Positions 12,036 to 18,277 of a DNA stretch of 23,279 nt are shown in pieces. This DNA comes from a virus (lineage: Duplodnaviria; Heunggongvirae; Uroviricota; Caudoviricetes). Position 1 is the stretch's first letter. The number at the start of each line of letters is the position of its first letter. Below the pieces are notes generated by a model. That model was not told the DNA's origin, did not search any database, and saw only the letters and a program-made list of their open reading frames with translations. The DNA lies in IMG/VR virus record IMGVR_UViG_3300029816_000015, positions 1 to 23,279 of that record, one strand, 5' to 3'. Position numbers and translations under genes: made by a program.

Positions 12036-13637
12036 TCAACGTCTAAGCCCCTCATATGGGTTCCCTCTCACTAAGTCTGTGTGAGCGCCCATTGATGGTG
12101 GCTTGAATAATTTAACTTCGTTAAGACTGTTGAAAGCATCACTGGTAGCATCCACTTGGTCATCTTTAGTTTTACCATCACCACAAAAGCCTTCAAGTTC
12201 TTGGAAGTAAGCTTCGTTCCAACTACCTCTCAAGACTTTTACAAGTCCAGCTTCAGAAGCAGCAGAAAACCCCGCAAATCGGGTAACTTTATCTTTATTT
12301 GTTGGTTTAGCTCTTGCTCGATAACCTTTCTCGGCAAGTTTCCTGATGAGGGATGTTGCGTAGGATTTACCAGCAGCGCCTGGGTCTTGAGGGATAAAAA
12401 TACCAGTTCGCTTACCGTCACTTTCAGCAGTCAAATTAATTTGTGTTTCGACTCCAGAGGGTCTATCTCTAAATCTTACTACATCAATGATATAATAGCA
12501 ACCGTCTTTTTTAGATTTACCCATCTTAACACCTGCTGTCCAGTCTGGATTAGGGTTAATCTCAGATGGTAAAGTTGCTGCTAAGTCCCATGCTCTGACA
12601 TCGAATACATCCTCTGGGAGTGAATCAACAATTTCACACCATTGTCTTTGCCAATAGTTTGAACCTTCTGCACGAGCCTTCCAGTTACCGAAACGAAGTC
12701 TTGCAACGTTTACAGGAGTGTTGTTTTCCAACTTACCACGATATTTAGGTTCTAAGAAGTCAAGAATTGGGTTATCATCAATCGTACCAGAGATGAATGT
12801 ATATGTTTGAGGAATCTCAAGAGGAAACATTTCGAGAATCTTGTCTCTCTCCCAATCAGAAACCATAACACCATCATTCATTACATACCAACGAATACGA
12901 CCACATTTTTCAGAGTCTGGGTAACCTTCTTCATCTAAGAATGGTTCTACCCAATCGTAAATAAAGTGGTCTCTGTCTGGGTTCATAGAAATCTTCATGT
13001 ATGAATCACCTTCAGCCCCAGAACGTAAACGAGTCTGTAGGTATGAAATCTGTGAAGCAGAGAAGTGCGTACCTTCGTCAAAGTAAATAGCTGAGTATTC
13101 AATACCCTGATGACCTTCAGCGTGCTTTTCAAGTTCTAGATAGGTAAACTTGATAGTTGCCCCAGAAGGGAATGTGATAGTCATCTTCTGCTCGTGAGGA
13201 ACCCCACCAAACTTACCAAATAGTTTCTTTGCAGCAGGCCACAAACCACCTTGTAACTGTGTTGTATTTCGACGGAAATAGACAGCATTATAGTTAGGGT
13301 CATCAATAAACCTTAAAGAGTCCATTAACAATGCAGCCGTCTTACCAGCACCAGCAGCACCACCATAGAGAACCAAGTCGGCATTAGTATTTAAAAAGAC
13401 CTCTTGAGAACCCGGCTGAGGGGCTACATAGTTCTTATCAGTCATTAATTTGAAGATAAGTCTAACTTGGTCTGGTGTGTATCTTAATAAAGTCAGAATT
13501 TGAGTTGGAAGGAATTTAGAGGGGTCTTTACCGAATGATTTGATAATTTCTTTTACTTCATCAGAAAGCCCCAACTCTCCAGCTAGGACTTTCCTAACAT
13601 CTTCCACTCGCTTCTGCTTAACAGCATTTAAGTCCAT
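12036..13637 (-). CDS. Terminase large subunit
   Basis: Walker A motif (LYGGAAGAGKTAALL) in N-terminal ATPase region; about 533 aa; ATG at 13635-13637 with RBS GGAGGTG preferred over the TTG start at 13652 in the ORF track. Confidence 0.85.
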   Translation of the reverse strand: MDLNAVKQKRVEDVRKVLAGELGLSDEVKEIIKSFGKDPSKFLPTQILTLLRYTPDQVRLIFKLMTDKNYVAPQPGSQEVFLNTNADLVLYGGAAGAGKTAALLMDSLRFIDDPNYNAVYFRRNTTQLQGGLWPAAKKLFGKFGGVPHEQKMTITFPSGATIKFTYLELEKHAEGHQGIEYSAIYFDEGTHFSASQISYLQTRLRSGAEGDSYMKISMNPDRDHFIYDWVEPFLDEEGYPDSEKCGRIRWYVMNDGVMVSDWERDKILEMFPLEIPQTYTFISGTIDDNPILDFLEPKYRGKLENNTPVNVARLRFGNWKARAEGSNYWQRQWCEIVDSLPEDVFDVRAWDLAATLPSEINPNPDWTAGVKMGKSKKDGCYYIIDVVRFRDRPSGVETQINLTAESDGKRTGIFIPQDPGAAGKSYATSLIRKLAEKGYRARAKPTNKDKVTRFAGFSAASEAGLVKVLRGSWNEAYFQELEGFCGDGKTKDDQVDATSDAFNSLNEVKLFKPPSMGAHTDLVRGNPYEGLRR

Positions 13638-13658
13638 TAAGCACCTCCGCAAATAGAA

Positions 13659-13859
13659 TTATTCAGAGTCTGTAGCAGTCTCTTCTGTCTTAACTTCGAA
13701 CTTTGCATCAACAGCATCAAGAAGTGCATCCATAGACGCTTCTTGAATATCAATACCTGTTGCTACAGATAATCTGTCTGCAATTGCCATGATAGTGTTC
13801 TGCATAAATTCTAGCTTCTTGTTAGCTTCGTAAAGTTCTTTATAAACGGTCTCGCTCAT
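13659..13859 (-). CDS. Small hypothetical protein upstream of terminase (small-terminase-like position)
   Basis: 66 aa ORF with RBS GGAGAAAA 6 nt upstream of ATG; acidic and helical; smaller than typical small terminases. Confidence 0.45.
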   Translation of the reverse strand: MSETVYKELYEANKKLEFMQNTIMAIADRLSVATGIDIQEASMDALLDAVDAKFEVKTEETATDSE

Positions 13860-13895
13860 TATGTTTTCTCCAAATAGTTAACCACGTTTCCCCTT

Positions 13896-13919
13896 AAAAA
13901 AGACGGTACAGAGACCGTC
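13896..13919 (-). terminator. Rho-independent terminator (minus sense GACGGU-CUCUGU-ACCGUC followed by UUUUUU)
   Basis: Perfect 6-bp GC-rich stem, 6-nt loop, then six T in minus sense; lies between the tRNA array and the terminase operon. Confidence 0.6.
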
Positions 13920-13984
13920 AAGGAGAAACCACAATGTACGTCAGAGACATACTGTATAAGGCTTCTTATAAAGTATAACTCTGT

Positions 13985-14044
13985 AAAAAAGCCCTGTCTA
14001 AAAATACTCTTCGGTAGCGAAAGGAAGAATACTTATAGCAGGGC
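13985..14044 (-). terminator. Compound stem-loop with T-run downstream of the last tRNA (candidate terminator)
   Basis: Minus sense GCCCUG...(nested hairpin)...CAGGGC followed by UUUUUU; loop is long (about 40 nt) so function is uncertain. Confidence 0.35.
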
Positions 14045-14084
14045 ATTATTATTATTTTAATTGAGAGAGAGTAAAATAACTTGG

Positions 14085-14157
14085 AGAATCCGAAGGGACT
14101 CGAACCCTTATAGACCTGTTTTGCAGACAGGCACATAGCCATTTCTGTCACGGATTC
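14085..14157 (-). tRNA. tRNA-Cys (anticodon GCA)
   Basis: Hand-folded: acceptor CGGATTC pairing, T arm AAGGG-TTCGAGT-CCCTT, anticodon loop CTGCAAA, encoded CCA at 14082-14084, U73. Confidence 0.7.
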
Positions 14158-14164
14158 AAATTGG

Positions 14165-14254
14165 AGGAAGATACCAGACTTGAACTGGTACACCGATTTC
14201 TCAGCTACTGGCAGTTTAGCAAACTGCTCCCTTACCTTTTAGGGTTAATCTTCC
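14165..14254 (-). tRNA. tRNA-Ser (anticodon GCT), long variable arm
   Basis: 90 nt; acceptor GGAAGAT/ATCTTCC, T arm ACCAG-TTCAAGT-CTGGT, anticodon stem GCAGT/ACTGC with loop TTGCTAA, long variable arm; CCA encoded. Confidence 0.7.
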
Positions 14255-14255
14255 A

Positions 14256-14990
14256 TTATTTCTGTAATGCGTTCTTCATTTCTGGTGTTGCAATAGTATC
14301 AATTACACCAGTTTTACAAGCATCATCAAACCAGTCTGGTAAGATACCTGCTAAGAACCCATTGATATTCGTTTTAAGGTACTCTGCAATAAGGGCAGCT
14401 TCTTCTTCAATCATCTGCACAACTTCATCTGCATAAGCTGTAATCTTCGAGATACCTTCATTAATCTTACTAACAGCTTGGTTAGCTAAATCAGAAACAG
14501 TATCAAGACCTTTATCAATAGCATCTTGTAAGTCACTTAATACATCATTAACACCGTCTAGTGCACTGTTAATTGTGTCAATAGCTTTTTGACCATACTC
14601 TGTAGCAACACCCATAATACCACTAAATGGTGTACAACCAACTTGCTCTCCTGCTGCACCCATAACATTGGAGTAGCCTTTTGCTACCTGCATACGTGAG
14701 GAAAACTCATCAATAGACTTTTGACCATAATCTGTCAATGTCTTAGTGGTTGATGTAGTGCTTGTCAGACTCGTTGTAAAGCTATTAAGCAGAGCTGTTG
14801 TAAGTCCAGCAGCAATGAGCTTATCCTTCATTGTAGGGTCTGTTACAGAGCTAATAGAGCTTACAAGTGATGTAGAGGCAGCCACGGTTCCACCTAGAAC
14901 TGCTGCACCAGTAATAAGGGGATTAGAAAACCCTCTACCGGTTTTTAAGAGATTAAAAATCTCCTTACCTTGTTCTGTCATCTCTTTCAT
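14256..14990 (-). CDS. Hypothetical protein embedded in the tRNA array
   Basis: 245 aa from ATG 14988-14990 with RBS AAGGTG 5 nt upstream; the ORF-track 5' extension to 15053 overlaps tRNA-Phe and is rejected. Ala/Thr/Ser-rich, helical C-terminal half. Confidence 0.55.
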   Translation of the reverse strand: MKEMTEQGKEIFNLLKTGRGFSNPLITGAAVLGGTVAASTSLVSSISSVTDPTMKDKLIAAGLTTALLNSFTTSLTSTTSTTKTLTDYGQKSIDEFSSRMQVAKGYSNVMGAAGEQVGCTPFSGIMGVATEYGQKAIDTINSALDGVNDVLSDLQDAIDKGLDTVSDLANQAVSKINEGISKITAYADEVVQMIEEEAALIAEYLKTNINGFLAGILPDWFDDACKTGVIDTIATPEMKNALQK

Positions 14991-15008
14991 TAAGCACCTT
15001 TGAAATTG

Positions 15009-15083
15009 GTAGTCCAGTGGGATTTGAACCCTCTTCTCATGTTTTTCAGACACGCGCTTTAACCATATAAGCTACTTGGACTA
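15009..15083 (-). tRNA. tRNA-Phe (anticodon GAA)
   Basis: Acceptor TAGTCCA/TGGACTA; T loop TTCAAAT; anticodon stem-loop CGTGT-CTGAAAA-ACATG; D stem weak. Confidence 0.55.
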
Positions 15084-15091
15084 TAAATTGG

Positions 15092-15164
15092 GGTGACCTA
15101 CGGGATTTGAACCCGTATAGACCATGTTCACAGCATGGGTCATTACCTTTTATGATAAGGCCAC
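15092..15164 (-). tRNA. tRNA-His (anticodon GTG)
   Basis: Acceptor GTGGCCT/AGGTCAC, D stem TCAT/ATGA, anticodon stem CCATG/CATGG with loop CTGTGAA, T arm ACGGG-TTCAAAT-CCCGT, CCA encoded. Confidence 0.7.
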
Positions 15165-15198
15165 ATTTAAGGACTCTCGTAAGAACCCTTAGAAGTGG

Positions 15199-15271
15199 CA
15201 GCGGCATAAGGATTTGAACCTTAATAAGACAGCTTCAGAGACTGTTGCATTGCCAGTTATGCTATACCGCT
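15199..15271 (-). tRNA. tRNA-Gln (anticodon CTG)
   Basis: Acceptor AGCGGTA/TGCCGCT, D stem GCAT/ATGC, anticodon loop CTCTGAA, T arm TAAGG-TTCAAAT-CCTTA, CCA encoded. Confidence 0.65.
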
Positions 15272-15279
15272 AAATTTGG

Positions 15280-15355
15280 TACTCCATATCGGATTCGAAC
15301 CGATACATAACACAGATTTTAAGTCTGGCCTCTCTGCCAATTGGAGTAATGGAGC
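15280..15355 (-). tRNA. tRNA with Leu anticodon TAA but short variable arm (76 nt)
   Basis: Acceptor GCTCCAT/ATGGAGT, U8, D stem CTC/GAG, anticodon stem CAGA/TCTG with loop CTTAAAA, 7-8 nt variable loop, T arm ATCGG-TTCGAAT-CCGAT, A73, CCA encoded. Confidence 0.5.
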
Positions 15356-15360
15356 ATTGG

Positions 15361-15433
15361 CGGGGGATGTTGGAATTGAACCAACTTCTTCGATTTCAAA
15401 GACCGAGGTTTTAACCTTGTAAACTAATCCCCT
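15361..15433 (-). tRNA. tRNA-Gln (anticodon TTG)
   Basis: Acceptor with A1-C72 mismatch, T arm GTTGG-TTCAATT-CCAAC, anticodon stem TCGGT/ATCGA with loop CTTTGAA, CCA encoded. Confidence 0.6.
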
Positions 15434-15441
15434 TTAAATCT

Positions 15442-15999
15442 TTACTTTCTTAGTGGATGAATAAAGAATGCCAACATAACTCTTTCCCTTGAGAATGCTC
15501 TTTCTTCTGGGACAACACTTTTAAGTTTCCACCCAACATAAATTCTCCAGTAGAATTGCTTACCAAAGACTTTAATTGACGGGATAAAAGCGAATAATCC
15601 CCAAGCATTACTGTTCCACATTAGGAGATAACCTGTCTGATTATCTTCAGGGTTAGAACTTACATTGATATTACCTTTCCACTTAGTAACATCTTTTACA
15701 TCTCTTCCTAACACATGGTAAGAGAAGTTATAAGCTTTGTTTCTCCAGAGCCAACCAACTCTCTGCATATAGACACCAAGCTTACCAATCTTTCTAATCT
15801 TAGCCCATCGTTCGACATGACCTTTATCACCATCAATTGGGTTGTCATATGTCTCCATCCATCTGAATCCAAAAGGGAGATGTCCTTTCTTCTCACTGTA
15901 GAATGGAACTACGAAAGGTGCTAAGATAACTGCTAAGATTGCTGCAAATGGCTCTAACAAAGCTAAGAAAATCCATGAAGCATACTTCAAATATCTCAT
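15442..15999 (-). CDS. Hypothetical membrane protein embedded in tRNA array
   Basis: 185 aa ORF with RBS AAGAGG upstream of ATG; N-terminal hydrophobic helix (WIFLALLEPFAAILAVILAPFVVPF), Trp/Lys-rich remainder; flanked tightly by tRNA genes. Confidence 0.55.
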   Translation of the reverse strand: MRYLKYASWIFLALLEPFAAILAVILAPFVVPFYSEKKGHLPFGFRWMETYDNPIDGDKGHVERWAKIRKIGKLGVYMQRVGWLWRNKAYNFSYHVLGRDVKDVTKWKGNINVSSNPEDNQTGYLLMWNSNAWGLFAFIPSIKVFGKQFYWRIYVGWKLKSVVPEERAFSRERVMLAFFIHPLRK

Positions 16000-16021
16000 C
16001 TAAATAGCCTCTTTAAATTGG

Positions 16022-16094
16022 CGCAGGATAAGGGATTCGAACCCCTATTAACAGCTTCGTAGACTGTTGCTCTATCCATTTGAACTAATCCTGC
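16022..16094 (-). tRNA. tRNA-Arg (anticodon ACG)
   Basis: Acceptor GCAGGAT/ATCCTGC, T arm AGGGG-TTCGAAT-CCCTT, anticodon stem ACAGT/GCTGT with loop CTACGAA, CCA encoded. Confidence 0.65.
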
Positions 16095-16102
16095 AAAACT
16101 GG

Positions 16103-16177
16103 TGTTCCAAGACGGATTCGAACCGTCACTAATACAAGGTTTGAGCTTGCATCCTCTGCCAATTGGGATACTGGAAC
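16103..16177 (-). tRNA. tRNA with Leu anticodon CAA but short variable arm (75 nt)
   Basis: Acceptor GTTCCAG/TTGGAAC, U8, D stem TCC/GGA, anticodon stem GCAAG/CTTGT with loop CTCAAAC, 6-nt variable loop, T arm GACGG-TTCGAAT-CCGTC, A73, CCA encoded; length fixed by adjacent tRNA-Val. Confidence 0.55.
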
Positions 16178-16181
16178 ATGG

Positions 16182-16254
16182 TACTCACTAAAGGACTTGA
16201 ACCTTTTTTCTTCATCTTGTAAGGGTGATGTTTTACCATATAAACTAAGCGAGT
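16182..16254 (-). tRNA. tRNA-Val (anticodon TAC)
   Basis: Acceptor ACTCGCT/AGTGAGT, T arm AAAGG-TTCAAGT-CCTTT, anticodon loop CTTACAA, CCA encoded. Confidence 0.65.
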
Positions 16255-16353
16255 ATGAAAGAGGTCTGAAGTTGTGCCGCTAACTCAACTCCGTGGAATT
16301 TGTTATGGTCTTCAGTTGACTCAAAGCGGTCTTTCACTTGACCTCTAAATTGG

Positions 16354-16425
16354 TGCTCCCACAAGGATTCGAACCCTGATAAGTTGCTTACAAGGCAACC
16401 GTAATAGCCAATTATACGATAGGAG
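16354..16425 (-). tRNA. tRNA-Thr (anticodon TGT)
   Basis: Acceptor GCTCCTA/TGGGAGC, T arm CAGGG-TTCGAAT-CCTTG, perfect anticodon stem GTTGC/GCAAC with loop CTTGTAA, CCA encoded. Confidence 0.65.
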
Positions 16426-16436
16426 CATTAATTTGG

Positions 16437-16508
16437 AGCATCCAGAGGGAATCGAACCCTCAACCTCAGTTTGGAAGACTGTAATTTTCCCGTTTAAACT
16501 ATGGATGC
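16437..16508 (-). tRNA. tRNA-Gly (anticodon TCC)
   Basis: Acceptor GCATCCA/TGGATGC perfect, T arm GAGGG-TTCGATT-CCCTC, anticodon loop CTTCCAA, CCA encoded. Confidence 0.7.
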
Positions 16509-16517
16509 ACTAATTGG

Positions 16518-16590
16518 TGGAGTCACTGAGAATTGAACTCAGTTCCCAAGTTTGCAAAACTCGAATTTTAACCATATAAACTATGACCCC
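16518..16590 (-). tRNA. tRNA-Ala (anticodon TGC)
   Basis: Acceptor GGGGTCA/TGACTCC with G3-U70, T arm CTGAG-TTCAATT-CTCAG, anticodon loop TTTGCAA, CCA encoded. Confidence 0.7.
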
Positions 16591-16599
16591 ATTGCTTGG

Positions 16600-16672
16600 T
16601 ACAGGTGGAGGGAATTGAACCCATCGTCTTACTGATTAAGAGTCAGCCGCATAACCATTTTGCTACACCTGC
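16600..16672 (-). tRNA. tRNA-Lys (anticodon CTT)
   Basis: Acceptor GCAGGTG/CACCTGT, D stem GCA/TGC, anticodon stem CTGA/TCAG with loop CTCTTAA, T loop TTCAATT with only 3 clean T-stem pairs, CCA encoded. Confidence 0.55.
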
Positions 16673-16682
16673 ATTAATTTGG

Positions 16683-16757
16683 TAGGAGACAAGGGATTCG
16701 AACCCTCAAACACCAACTTCTAAGGATGGTAGGTTTACCAATTACCGTCAATCTCCC
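16683..16757 (-). tRNA. tRNA with Leu anticodon TAG but short variable arm (75 nt)
   Basis: Acceptor GGGAGAT/GTCTCCT (two G-U pairs), anticodon stem CCATC/GTTGG with loop CTTAGAA, T arm GAGGG-TTCGAAT-CCCTT, A73, CCA encoded; two extra nt between acceptor and D stem. Confidence 0.45.
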
Positions 16758-17011
16758 ATTAAATCTTTTTAGAGAACTTCTAAGAACCTAAGCAACAAGG
16801 TTCCACAACAAGCTGTAATAACCTTAGAAGCCCTCTAAAAAGACCTAATTTGGTCTTTGCATAGTCTTGTTTAATCCGGTGACTAGAACCTTTGGAGAGC
16901 TTGATATATCTCTTCTCCGTGACACCTACTAGGTGCTTTATCAGTGTACGACAATACACGAGGGATAAACCGAAAATGCGAGCAAGCATGGACGGTGTAA
17001 ATCTTATTAGG

Positions 17012-17099
17012 CGGTAAGTAAAGGAGTCGAACCCTCACCGTATCTCTACAGTGGCAACAGTTTTCAAGACTGTTTGGCTGCCATTAGCCGCTACCTACC
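17012..17099 (-). tRNA. tRNA-Ser (anticodon TGA), long variable arm
   Basis: 88 nt; acceptor GGTAGGT/ACTTACC, 3-bp D stem, perfect anticodon stem ACAGT/ACTGT with loop CTTGAAA, long variable arm, T loop TTCGACT. Confidence 0.6.
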
Positions 17100-17115
17100 C
17101 CTAATAAGATTTTGG

Positions 17116-17195
17116 CATGGGACGGAGGAGTTGAACCCCTTTGAAACGGTTTTGGAGGCCGTTGCTCATGCCTTAGAGTCTTAACATCGTCCCAT
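17116..17195 (-). tRNA. tRNA-Trp (anticodon CCA), enlarged D region
   Basis: 80 nt; acceptor ATGGGAC/GTCCCAT perfect, anticodon stem ACGG/CCGT with loop CTCCAAA, T loop TTCAACT, CCA encoded; D region about 7 nt longer than standard. Confidence 0.5.
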
Positions 17196-17340
17196 ACTGT
17201 AATTCGAAGCTTACCGTATTTTCACAACACTGTAAAGCCCCTTCTCAGATTATTTACATGTTCTGGAAAACATGAGATACAGACCACCTCCTTACACGGA
17301 GACCCGATAAGGTCGTCTAAGCAATCTGCTAACTATTTGG

Positions 17341-17414
17341 CACACCCTACAGGATTCGAACCTGTAACTCAATGATTAGAAGTCATTTGCTCTGTCCAGT
17401 TGAACTAAGGGTGC
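17341..17414 (-). tRNA. tRNA-Arg (anticodon TCT)
   Basis: Acceptor GCACCCT/AGGGTGT, T arm ACAGG-TTCGAAT-CCTGT, perfect anticodon stem AATGA/TCATT with loop CTTCTAA, CCA encoded. Confidence 0.7.
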
Positions 17415-17617
17415 ATTAATCTTTAAAAACTCTCTTAGAAAGCCCTTAAAGATGCCCACCTTATTAATCATACCGTGGGCTAGTACGCCAAATTCTTTGA
17501 TGAGGGATTGGAAGACCTCACTGGTGTTTAGCCTATCAAGCTACTGCCAGAAAAACATTGTCGTTTGCATTTATTTTAAATTTGCAAAATAGACGCTACG
17601 CAACGAAAACTAAGGTT

Positions 17618-17646
17618 ACTATAAAGTGGTCACATCTAAATGTCAA
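17618..17646 (-). promoter_or_regulatory. Sigma70-like promoter inside the tRNA array (minus sense TTGACA-N17-TATAGT)
   Basis: -35 TTGACA at 17646..17641 and -10 TATAGT at 17623..17618 with a 17-bp spacer; predicted start near 17610, about 195 nt upstream of tRNA-Arg(TCT). Confidence 0.5.
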
Positions 17647-17664
17647 CAACTTTATTGAAATTGG

Positions 17665-17737
17665 TACTGGTAGGTGGAATCGAACCACCGATGTTCCCTT
17701 ATCAGGGGAGTGTTATAACCTTCTTAACTATACCAGC
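17665..17737 (-). tRNA. tRNA-Ile (anticodon GAT)
   Basis: Acceptor GCTGGTA/TACCAGT, T arm GGTGG-TTCGATT-CCACC, anticodon loop CTGATAA, CCA encoded. Confidence 0.7.
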
Positions 17738-17741
17738 TTGG

Positions 17742-17815
17742 AGGTTCAGATGGGATTCGAACCCACATTCATAGGGCTTATGAGACCCTTGCATTACCTT
17801 ATCTGCGACTGAACC
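17742..17815 (-). tRNA. tRNA with anticodon CAT (Met elongator or Ile2-type)
   Basis: Acceptor GGTTCAG/CTGAACC perfect, D stem GCA/TGC, anticodon stem AGGGT/GCCCT with loop CTCATAA, T arm GTGGG-TTCGAAT-CCCAT, CCA encoded. Confidence 0.65.
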
Positions 17816-17822
17816 ATATTGG

Positions 17823-17895
17823 TAGAAGTGGAGGGATTCGAACCCATCGCCTGTCAGATTAAAAGTCTGCCGCATCACCATTCTGCTACACTTCC
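17823..17895 (-). tRNA. tRNA-Lys (anticodon TTT)
   Basis: Acceptor GGAAGTG/CACTTCT, anticodon stem CAGA/TCTG with loop CTTTTAA, T loop TTCGAAT with GGG/CCC core as in the other Lys tRNA, CCA encoded. Confidence 0.55.
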
Positions 17896-17901
17896 ATTAA
17901 A

Positions 17902-18040
17902 TTATCTTTGTAGATAAGCTACCCAGACTTGCTTAAGGTCTGTAGCGATGTGCCTTGTTGGGTTTAAATCTAGAATTTACCCTTTCACCCTTTGTGGTCG
18001 CATACTCACAGGTAAGCTTAATAACTTATCTACAAAGATA
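17902..18040 (-). repeat. Long hairpin: 17-bp perfect inverted repeat (TTATCTTTGTAGATAAG / CTTATCTACAAAGATAA) enclosing about 105 nt
   Basis: Arms at 17902-17918 and 18024-18040 are exact reverse complements; interior holds smaller hairpins including CCAGAC-N8-GGTCTG (17922-17943); no tRNA fold found. Confidence 0.5.
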
Positions 18041-18044
18041 ATTA

Positions 18045-18176
18045 CCAGACCGTTGTTTATCATCTTAAGTGCTACCATTACACCAACTCGACATCTGCCG
18101 AGTGAAGGAATCGAACCTTCGCCTTTTCTTTACCGGAGAAATAGATTGTTTAAGTTTTGCTGTAAACGGTCTTCTG
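18045..18176 (-). ncRNA. Candidate Y-RNA-like ncRNA (YrlA-type) with permuted tRNA-like module
   Basis: Closing helix from minus-sense CAGAAGACCGUU (5') and AACGGUCUGG (3'); interior in minus sense has T arm GAAGG-UUCGAUU-CCUUC, then hairpin ACUCGGC-AGAU-GUCGAGU, then D-arm-like UGGUGUAAUGGUAGCAC. No anticodon arm. Confidence 0.4.
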
Positions 18177-18188
18177 TAAATTTGTTGA

Positions 18189-18265
18189 GCCAGACCAAGT
18201 TTTAAATTTTCAAAATTAAATTGGCTTTAAATTTTAAGTAACTTGCTGAATTTGGTCTTCTGCTC
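18189..18265 (-). ncRNA. Bulged-helix hairpin element, same closing helix as 18045..18176, AT-rich interior
   Basis: Arms GCCAGACCAAG (18189-18199) and TTGGTCTTCTGC (18252-18263) pair as AGACC/GGUCU plus a 3-nt bulge plus GG/CC; loop about 50 nt without tRNA-like arms. Confidence 0.3.
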
Positions 18266-18277
18266 CTTTAAAGAATA

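Noticed and set aside
12156-12572. 138 aa plus-strand ORF inside the terminase gene (and similar antisense ORFs at 8403..8780, 4373..4624, 11034..11912, 19187..20313)
   Set aside because: All lie antisense within longer, better-supported minus-strand genes and lack RBS; treated as spurious.
12036-13652. TTG (13652) and GTG (12028) start codons from the ORF track for terminase and portal
   Set aside because: In-frame ATGs a few codons downstream have strong RBSs (GGAGGTG, AGGTGA); the upstream alternative starts lack them.
15003-15053. ORF-track 5' extension of the 265 aa ORF (14256..15053)
   Set aside because: The extension overlaps tRNA-Phe; an internal ATG at 14988-14990 has a good RBS (AAGGTG), so the CDS was shortened.
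17823-17895. Possible ochre-suppressor (anticodon TTA) or opal-reading (TCA) tRNAs
   Set aside because: These readings came from wrong anticodon-loop registers; with properly paired stems the loops are CTTTTAA (Lys, TTT) at 17823..17895 and CTTTCAA (Glu, TTC) at 18832..18906. No suppressor anticodon (CUA/UUA/UCA) was found.
18069-18121. Ordinary split or overlapping tRNA genes as the explanation for the T-arm and D-arm fragments
   Set aside because: No complementary acceptor strand or anticodon arm for either fragment within 100 nt on the appropriate side; the fragments pair with each other in permuted order, so a tRNA-like ncRNA module fits better.
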